A stretch of DNA of 64,000 bases. Origin: a virus. A program made the translations under genes and the position numbers. The notes below the pieces were generated by a model. The model was not told the origin of the DNA. It saw nothing but the letters and a program-made list of their open reading frames with translations, and did no database searches. Below are positions 9,250 through 18,140 of this stretch, one piece after another. Each line of letters opens with the position of its first letter. Positions within the stretch are counted from its first letter, which is position 1. Where the stretch lies: IMG/VR virus record IMGVR_UViG_3300035698_018280, positions 32,001-96,000 of that record. One strand, written 5' to 3'.

Positions 9250-9900
9250 TCAAACTTCTATAGCGTCATACGAATTTGAATCAACTCCCGCCTGGGGCTG
9301 AGGTTGGGACTGAGATGCCTTCTGCCATCTCTCCTGATCCCTCTTCGCTTCGGCTTCCTTCGAGCGGCCAGAGGCATTGTCATGGAACGAGACAACAAGA
9401 GAAGTACTATCTTTGTCTTTTTTTGCAACATCTTCAGAAATATTGTTATTATCTTCAAGTTCACCAAGAAGCTTAGTTAGTTTTCTCTTATCATACTTCC
9501 AGGATTTTTCAGCCACATCATTGATAACATTCAAAGATTCAAGATGCTCATCAAGCATTTCTTGATCAACAATTTCCCAAGCGCCCTTTTTATTGCGCTG
9601 AGACAATTTTGCTACTTCTGGAAAATCAAGCTTAGTAGTCTTGTTACTCTCCATGCAACCAAGAATAGCCTTCTTGAGAATATCAACATGCTCATTTGCT
9701 TGCTTCATACGACGATCAAGAGGTTCAACACGCCGTTTCTTGAGTCGTTTAAAGAATTCTACCTCTCGCTCAAGTCTATTGACTTCAAGAAGGGCATCTT
9801 CAATTTCTATTTCATCAGTAATTTCTGCTTCGCCTCGCAAAACTTTGCTAATCTTGTCAGGTTCAGCGAATAAAATTTCATCCATCATATCGTTGTTCAT
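9250..9900 (-). CDS. Gam/Gp157-like coiled-coil DNA-end-protection protein
   Basis: Coiled coil followed by KLDFPEVAKLSQR..WEIVD..KYDKRKL, resembling Mu Gam/Gp157; lies in a recombination cluster. Confidence 0.55.
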   Translation of the reverse strand: MNNDMMDEILFAEPDKISKVLRGEAEITDEIEIEDALLEVNRLEREVEFFKRLKKRRVEPLDRRMKQANEHVDILKKAILGCMESNKTTKLDFPEVAKLSQRNKKGAWEIVDQEMLDEHLESLNVINDVAEKSWKYDKRKLTKLLGELEDNNNISEDVAKKDKDSTSLVVSFHDNASGRSKEAEAKRDQERWQKASQSQPQPQAGVDSNSYDAIEV

Positions 9901-9913
9901 CTAAATCTCCATT

Positions 9914-10252
9914 TCAGTTTCGGTTTCGATCTTCAATTTTCAGCATTATTGCCGTCTTGATAGCTCCATCGAAATTTGCGCTATCAAAACTCATCTCTGC
10001 CACTAAGTCCAATCCCTTTTTAACGCCTTCGCCTCTTGCAACGATAGATGATTTCACAGCGTTACTAAGAGAAGATGCACCGACCGTTCTAAGTTTGGCG
10101 TGCCCGTGTTTTCCAATGACCGTCAAAATAGCAGAAGAAACACGTTTAATATAATCTTTTCGCTGGCGATCTCGTTCTTCATCATTCTCTGCATCGAAGG
10201 AACCTTCGCCCTTAATTTTTAGAATTGTGGGGTCATCTTCATGATTGGACAT
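9914..10252 (-). CDS. spoVS: SpoVS-family (Alba-like) nucleic-acid-binding protein
   Basis: ILKIK...VSSAI....GHAKLRTVGASSLSNAVKSSIVARG...GLDLV...F....DGAIKTAIMLKIE aligns by eye with the SpoVS pattern (IGAGALNQAVKAVAIARG..G.DL..PAF..IDGEERTAI). Confidence 0.8.
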   Translation of the reverse strand: MSNHEDDPTILKIKGEGSFDAENDEERDRQRKDYIKRVSSAILTVIGKHGHAKLRTVGASSLSNAVKSSIVARGEGVKKGLDLVAEMSFDSANFDGAIKTAIMLKIEDRNRN

Positions 10253-10278
10253 CTTCTTCTCCTTGGATCAACTTGGTC

Positions 10279-11292
10279 CTAGGAGAATTCTCCATAGAAC
10301 TGCTGACGTTTATCATCTAGTGACGGGTCTTTCCATATTCCCGCTGAGTGACATATCGACTGAAACTCACAATATCTGCACTCGTAGTTATCCTTGGTCT
10401 TTGGTCTTGGCGGCGGTAAAAGATTATCATCGCACATTTGTCCCATAGTTATAGCTTGCTCCCTAATCTTGTCCCACAATTTATCATCTCGATAAACAGG
10501 AAGAAGTTTAGTAGAACTATCATCCTTATTTTCAAAATACAAAATACCATATTCAAGATCAAGTAAATGAATATAGATTGTAACCTGTACCTTGTATCCG
10601 AATGGAGGGCCATTCTCTAACTTGCTTTTATAACCAAACGAATTGATACTTTTCATATCAACCAGAATAGGTTTCTTCGGTAGATCCTCATCTTTGAAAA
10701 GGACTCTTACGCCATTGCCTTCTCTGTACTGATCGCCGCCATTGAATCCGGAGAAATCAAGAATCTGGTCAACATGTCCCCGAAAGTTCATCTCTTTATC
10801 TTGAACAGTAATTTCATGGTAAACAAATTCTTTATGGCCGCAGTTACATTTATCTGGCTTGAAGCAACCAAGCTTATTTTCGTAGCCATAACGACGAGGT
10901 TTAGTCGGATGATCTTTAGGGGGACTGCCTCCCTGAGGAATGCTAAAGATACTGGTGCCGTCATCAAGAGTGTTATGACAGCGGACATTGCCGCATTCCC
11001 AGATACCTCGGAGTACGCCAATGTCTTCCCAATATTTTGCCCATCGATCATGCATCGAATGACCAGTATCAAAAATACGAATAGTCTTACCTTCAAACTT
11101 CTGAGGTATCGCTTTGATTTTTCCGTTATCAACATATCTTTGATATTGCATTCGTCGCAAGCAATTACCAAAAGCTGACGGGTGATAAACCTCATAACCT
11201 CTCGGGGGACCGTTGATACCTTTCCATCTAAGATAGGTATTCAACAAATTTGAGATAGACTTTATTTCAGGCGGTTGTTTGTGGAATTGCAT
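10279..11292 (-). CDS. Cas4-like PD-(D/E)XK exonuclease with Fe-S cysteines
   Basis: HPSAFGNCLRR, G..MH, GHVD, DMKS, QVTIY, C-terminal CRYCEFQSIC. Confidence 0.85.
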   Translation of the reverse strand: MQFHKQPPEIKSISNLLNTYLRWKGINGPPRGYEVYHPSAFGNCLRRMQYQRYVDNGKIKAIPQKFEGKTIRIFDTGHSMHDRWAKYWEDIGVLRGIWECGNVRCHNTLDDGTSIFSIPQGGSPPKDHPTKPRRYGYENKLGCFKPDKCNCGHKEFVYHEITVQDKEMNFRGHVDQILDFSGFNGGDQYREGNGVRVLFKDEDLPKKPILVDMKSINSFGYKSKLENGPPFGYKVQVTIYIHLLDLEYGILYFENKDDSSTKLLPVYRDDKLWDKIREQAITMGQMCDDNLLPPPRPKTKDNYECRYCEFQSICHSAGIWKDPSLDDKRQQFYGEFS

Positions 11293-12049
11293 ATTCTAAT
11301 AACCTTCTGTCAATGTCCTCATAGGAGAACTGGTTTCTTTCTAGTTTGGCTTGCCGAAGTACGTTTCGCATTCCTTTTGCGCCGTGCTTCGATAAGAATC
11401 CGTCTGGATCTTCTTTCTTCTGATCGTTTCTGGGGAGTATAACAGGTATAACCGTCATACCAAATGTCTCCGCCATTTCCTGATTTTTGACCATAGTCAT
11501 ACTACGCGATAAAGTTTTAAGTCCAGATTCATCATAATCGAACAACAAAAATATTTCGCTGCAATATCGTCTTAGTATGCATGCGTGTTCTAGCGTAAAT
11601 GCGCTGCCCAAAACTCCTACGGTCATATCGAAACCGAAATCATGCATGCGAGCAGTATCAATTTGTCCTTCAACAATAATTGCCTTGCCGCTTTTACGAA
11701 TGGCTTCTTTAGCTATATTCAATCCATACATGTAGAATCGCTTATTGAATTCTTCATGCAAATGAGGAAATTGTTTTTGATCTGTTGTTCTAAATTTTCT
11801 ACTGGTAAGAACAACCAAATCATCATAAGGGTCAAACAAGGGCATGATGATCCTTTCAGACCACGCATGCCGAACTCTACTGGGAACATACCCAAAACGG
11901 AACTGCTTGAGTATCTTTTCCGATAAATGTCTCTTCTCGCGCAAGTATGACAGCGCTTCTACTACGTCTGCAGAATCATCTTTCCAGAGAGTTTTCTGGC
12001 CGCGATCACAAAAGTATTCGCGCTCATGTTCAGGAAGCTTTACGCTCAT
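11267..12049 (-). CDS. dnaG: DnaG-type primase catalytic (Toprim) subunit with no zinc-binding domain
   Basis: YLREKRHLS..FRFGY, RIIMP, YGLN, IIVEGQID, LGSAFT, FDYDESG, KEDPD. Confidence 0.88.
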   Translation of the reverse strand: MSVKLPEHEREYFCDRGQKTLWKDDSADVVEALSYLREKRHLSEKILKQFRFGYVPSRVRHAWSERIIMPLFDPYDDLVVLTSRKFRTTDQKQFPHLHEEFNKRFYMYGLNIAKEAIRKSGKAIIVEGQIDTARMHDFGFDMTVGVLGSAFTLEHACILRRYCSEIFLLFDYDESGLKTLSRSMTMVKNQEMAETFGMTVIPVILPRNDQKKEDPDGFLSKHGAKGMRNVLRQAKLERNQFSYEDIDRRLLEYAIPQTTA

Positions 12050-13284
12050 ATTTCATTACTATCAACTGTTATTGCTGCAGGAGAATTCTTACGACTCAAT
12101 TTAGGCTTTGATTTTTCCTTATCAGATTCAGAAAATTCTTTACCCTTCTGAACATCATTAGATTTTTTGAACTTCATATGTTTTTCAAAGTTACTAACTT
12201 CTGGTGGGATAGGTATGCCTGCTTCTTTGGCAGCTTCAGAAATAGCTACAACAAGCTGAGATAAATTCTCTTGTTTTTCAACTTGCTTCATAAACTCTTT
12301 CTTGCCCTCGACCTTGATTCCGTTCCAGGAATAAATTCCTTTGCGAACAGTAATAGTTTTGGCTTTACGACCAGAGTCAAAAATGACTTCGCTAGCATCT
12401 GGGAAGTAATATTTGTAGTAGATAGGAATACGGACTCCCTGCTTATGAGGGCTAGAAAATCTGTTTTTCTCAATCCAAACATTAGATGTACCTGCAATAA
12501 GATTTTCATTTCCTTGTTCATCTTCAACATAATGAAGCGCATCTTTTGAAGACAGTTTGTTCATCTTCAAAATTACTGAACAAGCGTGTTTGATAGCATG
12601 TCCGCCAGTTGTTCCTTCTGGATTTCCAAACATCTGCCCAGGATTGACTCGAAGTTGATTGATAAAAATAACAAGAGTATTATTTGCCGCCGCATAGCCA
12701 GCAATTTTATGAAGTGTCTTACCTAATACACGAGCAAGAATTGCTACAGTATCTTTTTCGGCAGGATTCTCCATAACATATTTTGGTATAAGGTGAGCAA
12801 CAGAGTCAACAACAACGACTCCTGCGCCAGCCTGACAAGCCTTCATAATAGTATCAAGGATTCTCTCTGCATCAAATATCTTCTCTGGATCTTTTGCATC
12901 GAATAAGTTCTGCAGAGCAATGTTCTCTGGATCCATTCCATTGATCTTTGCAAGCTGAGGACTAAATGAGTTTTCGCAATCGATCCAAAAAACAGGACGA
13001 TCAATTTGTTGCGCATTACCGCAAACTCGATATGCAAGAGATGATTTTCCGCATCCTTCGCCCCCATAAAACATTACTAGCTTACCAGGAGGAAGGCCAT
13101 AAATTATTTCTTCATCATATTCAATTACTTCTCCGTGTTCATCTTCATACATTCCGCGAGAAATGTAAAAATCTAACTCGGCATGACCAGTAGGATTCAT
13201 AACAATCTTACTGTTGTCTATTTCCGTATCGTGACCAGCAAGCATTCGCAATGCTCCAAGTTTGCTGGGTAGTTTCTTCGCCAT
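12046..13284 (-). CDS. recA: RecA/UvsX recombinase
   Basis: GLPPGK, Walker A GGEGCGKSS, IDCENS, VVDSVAHL, IFINQLR, FGNPEGTTGGHAIKH, KNR. Confidence 0.93.
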   Translation of the reverse strand: MAKKLPSKLGALRMLAGHDTEIDNSKIVMNPTGHAELDFYISRGMYEDEHGEVIEYDEEIIYGLPPGKLVMFYGGEGCGKSSLAYRVCGNAQQIDRPVFWIDCENSFSPQLAKINGMDPENIALQNLFDAKDPEKIFDAERILDTIMKACQAGAGVVVVDSVAHLIPKYVMENPAEKDTVAILARVLGKTLHKIAGYAAANNTLVIFINQLRVNPGQMFGNPEGTTGGHAIKHACSVILKMNKLSSKDALHYVEDEQGNENLIAGTSNVWIEKNRFSSPHKQGVRIPIYYKYYFPDASEVIFDSGRKAKTITVRKGIYSWNGIKVEGKKEFMKQVEKQENLSQLVVAISEAAKEAGIPIPPEVSNFEKHMKFKKSNDVQKGKEFSESDKEKSKPKLSRKNSPAAITVDSNEI

Positions 13285-13314
13285 TAATTACTCCAATTCA
13301 TTATTTGTTCAGAT

Positions 13315-13343
13315 AGAAACACCGCAGCCGCGAACGGCTGCGG
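13315..13343 (-). terminator. GC-rich UUCG-loop hairpin downstream of the SSB gene (intrinsic terminator or mRNA stabiliser)
   Basis: Minus strand CCGCAGCCG-TTCG-CGGCTGCGG (perfect 9-bp stem, 13322-13343) followed by TGTTTCT. Confidence 0.7.
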
Positions 13344-13374
13344 CGGTCCAAGTGCCTTTATTTTACTTCAACTA

Positions 13375-14058
13375 TTAGAAGTTGAGATCGTCGTCATCGT
13401 CGTTAGACGAGCTTGATGCGCCCGCCGCAACAGTGGCCGACTGATCTCCGCTAGAGCCTCTGGAAAGGCCCAGCTTCTCTTCAATCTCATTCTGAGCAGT
13501 TGGTTCGAATAGTTTATTCAGATCGAATGCGCCATGCTCCTTGAGATACGCCTTCTCTGTATCAGAGAAAGGAGTCTGAAGCATAGGAATAACTTCGTAA
13601 CGAGTATTTCTCTTATCAGTTCCCTTGCAAGTAACATTGATGGTAAAATCAGCGCCCTTGCCCGAACCAGGATTGACATCGTTTGCCTTACCCCAGTCTC
13701 GAATAAATCGAGCTATGGTAGGAGCGACCTCAACGATCTTGAGGCGAGCCATTCCATTGTCATCAACATCGTTGCGATCGAGTACGTTGAAAGCGTAACG
13801 AATACGCTGATCATACTCTGGATCGCCATCTGCATTCTTGTGATTACGAAGAACGACGCAATCTCCGCCAGCATCGGTAATAGCAACTTGATACTTGCCA
13901 TCATCGCCCTGAACAAAATAACGTCTAACCTCTGCAGGTCGTCCTACTGGACGAAGCTTATAACTTTGATTTGCTTCAATTTTGAGGAATTTGCCGCCGC
14001 CGCCGCTTGATTCGCCTGCTGGACGTGGATCTACCTCGCCCCATTCTACTGTACCCAT
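13375..14058 (-). CDS. phage single-stranded DNA-binding protein (gp32-like)
   Basis: KFLKIE...KLRPVG, RYAFNVLDR, GADFTI, TRYEV, acidic tail DDDDDLNF; strong RBS AAAAGGAG; next to recA. Confidence 0.75.
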   Translation of the reverse strand: MGTVEWGEVDPRPAGESSGGGGKFLKIEANQSYKLRPVGRPAEVRRYFVQGDDGKYQVAITDAGGDCVVLRNHKNADGDPEYDQRIRYAFNVLDRNDVDDNGMARLKIVEVAPTIARFIRDWGKANDVNPGSGKGADFTINVTCKGTDKRNTRYEVIPMLQTPFSDTEKAYLKEHGAFDLNKLFEPTAQNEIEEKLGLSRGSSGDQSATVAAGASSSSNDDDDDLNF

Positions 14059-14173
14059 AATGTGTCTCCTTTTGTTCTTATTTGACTAATTGGGTGTGGT
14101 TTTCTAACTTAGATTACATTTTCCCTGTGGTCTTATATGTGCTTTCTGTTCTCTAACACCTCCTGGTTACTGA

Positions 14174-15448
14174 TCAATCAACATCGTCCCATGAAAAGGA
14201 CTCTTTTGACTTCGTTTCAGCTACTACATTCTTCGGCGTTTCGAGGATTATTTCCTTCCCTTCCACGCCATTTTCTAGACGATCAAACCCGCTTAAATTA
14301 GATTTGGTTTTTGCTGGTTTTTCGATAGGTTTTTCCTCATTCCAAGGAGGACTTTTATCATTATTGTTATGGGAATTTTCTTCAGATTGAAAACTACTAA
14401 TAAGAGATTTAGTAGGCATAGACATAGTAACAAGACGACTAATATTCTCGTACTTAGTATCTAGATTTTTTAGTATATCTTGAGTAACATCATTCAATCC
14501 CTCAAGGTCTCCCATGTAGAGTTCAAGGTCATACATATGCTCGAACTTTACGCCTGCCTGTCTAGCTGCTGGCTTATCATAAAAACAACGAGCTAGTTGG
14601 CCTTCAAGCATCGGAACAAATCGCTTAAAGTGATGATATTGAAAGAGAAAAGTTGACCTGATTTCAGTTACACGATCTCGCCATTGGCGAATTTCAGACA
14701 GACCTCGGCTGATACGCTCATAATCGTGCATATCAATATCTCTACAGTCAATTTTGATCTGTATAAGTTCTCGCTTATATGCTCGAACAGGAACCTTGCC
14801 TCCGTCTAAAAGTTTCGGAAGGATCTCTGATTTCGCCTTGTAGAATGAAGCAAACTTATCTGAAGGACAATTAAGGAACCAACCATCTGGTTCTTCAATT
14901 ACAGGTTCTATTTCTTCTTGTTTTTGTTGCGAAGGTACTGTAGAGTCGCTATGCTCGGGCCGTAACTCGCTGCTATCCACGCTGCCTTCTCCCGACTCGG
15001 AATCGTCACTGATGACTGTTTCCTGAGGTGGCTGTCTGTCCACTTCATTTTCTTTCGATTTTCTACTGGTCGTAGTTGGAATCGACTCCGAGAGGATTGT
15101 TTCAGGGTCGCCTTTGGCTGATTCATCTTTACCTCCACTATCTGGTTCAGGACTATCAGTATTTTCGGGCTCAGATGAAGAAGATTCCTTCGTATCAATA
15201 ATTTCGGCTTTTGGGACGCCCCCAAATTCAACGTTAGCGCCTTCACCTTCATCAATTTGATTGCTAATCTTACCTGCCTTATCATCAAAAGATGACGCTA
15301 TGTTGTCAGAAGAAGCATCTGAATAAGCCTCTTCTTGAGATTCATCATCTGATTCTTTCGTCTCAATATTCCCGCCATCACGGGTAACACTAAAAATATC
15401 ATCCATTGTATCAACTATATCAAATTCATCAGCCATCTTGCTGCCCAC
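14174..15448 (-). CDS. hypothetical protein with acidic disordered N-terminal half and helical C-terminal domain
   Basis: 424-aa ORF, S/E/D-rich N-terminus; lies between DnaE and SSB. Confidence 0.75.
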   Translation of the reverse strand: MGSKMADEFDIVDTMDDIFSVTRDGGNIETKESDDESQEEAYSDASSDNIASSFDDKAGKISNQIDEGEGANVEFGGVPKAEIIDTKESSSSEPENTDSPEPDSGGKDESAKGDPETILSESIPTTTSRKSKENEVDRQPPQETVISDDSESGEGSVDSSELRPEHSDSTVPSQQKQEEIEPVIEEPDGWFLNCPSDKFASFYKAKSEILPKLLDGGKVPVRAYKRELIQIKIDCRDIDMHDYERISRGLSEIRQWRDRVTEIRSTFLFQYHHFKRFVPMLEGQLARCFYDKPAARQAGVKFEHMYDLELYMGDLEGLNDVTQDILKNLDTKYENISRLVTMSMPTKSLISSFQSEENSHNNNDKSPPWNEEKPIEKPAKTKSNLSGFDRLENGVEGKEIILETPKNVVAETKSKESFSWDDVD

Positions 15449-15456
15449 TCCTTATT

Positions 15457-15741
15457 CTATAGAGAGTCGAAATCATCCTTCTTGAATTTGGTAGTTGGGC
15501 CATCATTGCGAACCGCATTTTGACTGTCCAAATTCAACTCTTGTAAAGTTTTCAATTCAAATCTCTGGTAGTCTTCTAATACCAATTTACCAACATTTTC
15601 CGATTTCTTCATAAGCTCCTCAACAGAGCCCCATTCTACTTCTTGAGAGATCTCTGCAAAAATATCGCAGGTCTCATATTTTGCAGTATTCAGCTTGCGT
15701 GTTACGCCCTTCTTGATCATCGATTTTCTAATATCGCCCAT
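15457..15741 (-). CDS. hypothetical protein
   Basis: 94-aa ORF with AAGGAG RBS. Confidence 0.7.
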   Translation of the reverse strand: MGDIRKSMIKKGVTRKLNTAKYETCDIFAEISQEVEWGSVEELMKKSENVGKLVLEDYQRFELKTLQELNLDSQNAVRNDGPTTKFKKDDFDSL

Positions 15742-15756
15742 CGTTTACTCCTTCTT

Positions 15757-17799
15757 TTATTCATCGCCAAACATATCGTCTGACTCCAATCCTTTTCGAC
15801 GAGATTTCCTTCTGTCTTCCCGTAGTTCACCAAACTCTTTTACAACATCTTCAGACTTACGTTTTTTCGTTCTACCAGTCTTCATATCTTTCTCTCTAAA
15901 GAAGCCAGCAATCGCCAGGCATTCTGCACTTTTTGCATCAACAAACTTTGGATCAGTATTGAAAGCAAAATCTCTCATATCCGAATACGGCTGCTTGGCC
16001 TCAATCTCTGTAGCCGCTCGGTGGCTCATACCCTTACAACGAAGCGAAGGTCTGATCTGAGACTTATGAACACCGTTTGACGGATCTTTGCGGACAACAA
16101 TTTCGTAGTCATAACTACACTTGTTGATACTACGAGGAAGAACGTCCATATTCATCTTGCCGCAATCTTTTTCAAACTGCACAATCTTTTCATACTTATC
16201 AGCTTTTTTACTTCTCAATAAAACATTCATGTATGATGTCATAAACTCTTCAGGATAATGAGTTTTCAGATAAGCAGTTGTATACGATAAATAAGCATAA
16301 CAAGCGCTATGAGATTTATTAAATCCATAATCAGCAAAGGGAGTAATAAACTTATCCCAATACTGTTGCGCAACTTCTTCAGGAACATTGTTGACTTTAC
16401 AGCCGTCAATAAACTGAATTTGATACTTATTCATGAGTTCCGGTATTTTCTTACCGACTGCTTTGATCATAGCATAACCATCAGTAATAGAAAAACCAGC
16501 AAGAGAATTACAGACTTGCATCAACTGTTCTTGATAACAAAGAACTCCGTATGTAGGTTCTAGATATTTTCTAACATAAGGCTCAATAGACTCATGAAAA
16601 TATCCAACAGGTTCTTCGCCTTTCTTACGAGAAGAATATAATGGAATTGATTTCATAGGCCCTGGACGATACAAAGCTACTCCTACAATGACATCTTCAA
16701 AACGATTGACTCTAAGTTGTCGCATCGTTTGTTGCATACCTGGATTTTCGCATTGGAAAACGCCATTGAGTTTGCCGCTTCGATATAGATTTAGTGTATC
16801 CTTATCGTCAAGAGGCATATTCTCTACATCAATTGTAATTCCATAATTTTCTTTAATAAGTTCTACTGTCCGACGAATAACTGCCAATGTTGATATGGCA
16901 AGAATATCAAATTTGATAAGACCCATAAACTCAAGGTCTTCATATGCATATTGCGTAGCAAGTTCATAATGAGTACCCTTACCTTCTTCGTCTGCAACTT
17001 TCTTTCGGCTTAGCCTCAGAGGAGCAATAGACTGAAGAGGTACGCTAGAAATAACAATTCCGGCAGCATGAACGCTAAAGTTAGATAGTAATCCCTGAAT
17101 ATTGGGCGAATGCTCAAGAAGCTCAGGATATTTATCCACATATCTTTTAAAGTCATCGCAATATTTTGCCCCATCTGCAACAGTCCTGATAACGACATCA
17201 TTACCCTCCTCATCGGTGGCCCTGATGTTTGCCCCGACCTGTTTTGGAAGAGATTTTGCTATCTCGTCCCCTCTATCCTGCGTTTCCTTGCGCCAACGTT
17301 CCCTGTTCTCATTCCTAACAGTCTTGCTCTCGTGAAGAGCCATAGTAGGTGAAAATACTTTATCAGGATCCAGGGCTCTAAACCCTTGGCGAATATAAGA
17401 CTTAAGCTTCAACGACTGATAAGTACCGATATTACCAACATGGTCTCTACCATACTTGTCAATAATGTAAGTATAAATTTCATCGCGAAACTCATCATCA
17501 AAATCAGAATCAATATCAGGAAAGCCCTTACGAGCAAAACAACGACGAATAGGAAGAAATTCTTCGTCCTCTGGTCTTTTCTCAGTTATACCCAATAGAT
17601 AAGCTGTATGAGAATTGATCTTATTAGTCTTACCGATAAGACTCTTCTCTTTAGCGCTCTTCCACATATTATAAAACTTAAGGAGAATAGGCTCTCCATC
17701 AAGATTATCGGTTTGAGCCATAAAGTCCAATTCTTCTCGAACTTTATCAGTGGCTTTACTTCCAATAGTTTCAAGAATCTCTTGTTTGATCTTGTTCAT
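15757..17799 (-). CDS. dnaE: DNA polymerase III alpha subunit, C-terminal part (catalytic palm, thumb, fingers)
   Basis: FPDIDSDF, HAAGIVIS, GLIKFDIL, GVFQCE, ALYRPGPM, TYGVLCYQEQ, YGFNKSHS, YLKTHYPEEF; no OB fold visible. Confidence 0.93.
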   Translation of the reverse strand: MNKIKQEILETIGSKATDKVREELDFMAQTDNLDGEPILLKFYNMWKSAKEKSLIGKTNKINSHTAYLLGITEKRPEDEEFLPIRRCFARKGFPDIDSDFDDEFRDEIYTYIIDKYGRDHVGNIGTYQSLKLKSYIRQGFRALDPDKVFSPTMALHESKTVRNENRERWRKETQDRGDEIAKSLPKQVGANIRATDEEGNDVVIRTVADGAKYCDDFKRYVDKYPELLEHSPNIQGLLSNFSVHAAGIVISSVPLQSIAPLRLSRKKVADEEGKGTHYELATQYAYEDLEFMGLIKFDILAISTLAVIRRTVELIKENYGITIDVENMPLDDKDTLNLYRSGKLNGVFQCENPGMQQTMRQLRVNRFEDVIVGVALYRPGPMKSIPLYSSRKKGEEPVGYFHESIEPYVRKYLEPTYGVLCYQEQLMQVCNSLAGFSITDGYAMIKAVGKKIPELMNKYQIQFIDGCKVNNVPEEVAQQYWDKFITPFADYGFNKSHSACYAYLSYTTAYLKTHYPEEFMTSYMNVLLRSKKADKYEKIVQFEKDCGKMNMDVLPRSINKCSYDYEIVVRKDPSNGVHKSQIRPSLRCKGMSHRAATEIEAKQPYSDMRDFAFNTDPKFVDAKSAECLAIAGFFREKDMKTGRTKKRKSEDVVKEFGELREDRRKSRRKGLESDDMFGDE

Positions 17800-18137
17800 T
17801 ATATACCTGCGCTAAAATGGGCTGTTACGCCCAGGCTAGAATATTTCTTCACTATTTTTAGGTTCAGCCTATTTTGCAATAGCTCTCCTTGTCGTTCTAT
17901 CTCTTTCATTTCGGCCCAATACCCTTCGCTATTATCATCATCCACCAACATCGTTCCAGGTTTAGCCTGCCAATAGCAATATACACTAATTTCTGTATGA
18001 TATGTCCTACTTGAAAAATGCAAGCCCCACGAGTTGATATCTATTTCAAAACGAGGTTCATCAACTTCCTGGCTAACTTCATCCGATGTTTGACGAACCA
18101 TTTTTAAGATATTTTGAATTACGCTAGAAGACAACAT
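17799..18137 (-). CDS. hypothetical protein between the two dnaE parts
   Basis: 112-aa ORF; its TAA overlaps the ATG of dnaE-C (TAATG). Confidence 0.65.
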   Translation of the reverse strand: MLSSSVIQNILKMVRQTSDEVSQEVDEPRFEIDINSWGLHFSSRTYHTEISVYCYWQAKPGTMLVDDDNSEGYWAEMKEIERQGELLQNRLNLKIVKKYSSLGVTAHFSAGI

Positions 18138-18140
18138 GAG

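Noticed and set aside
10279-11292. CRISPR-Cas system suggested by the Cas4-like gene
   Set aside because: No repeat-spacer array or other cas genes were seen; stand-alone Cas4-like nucleases are common in phage recombination modules.
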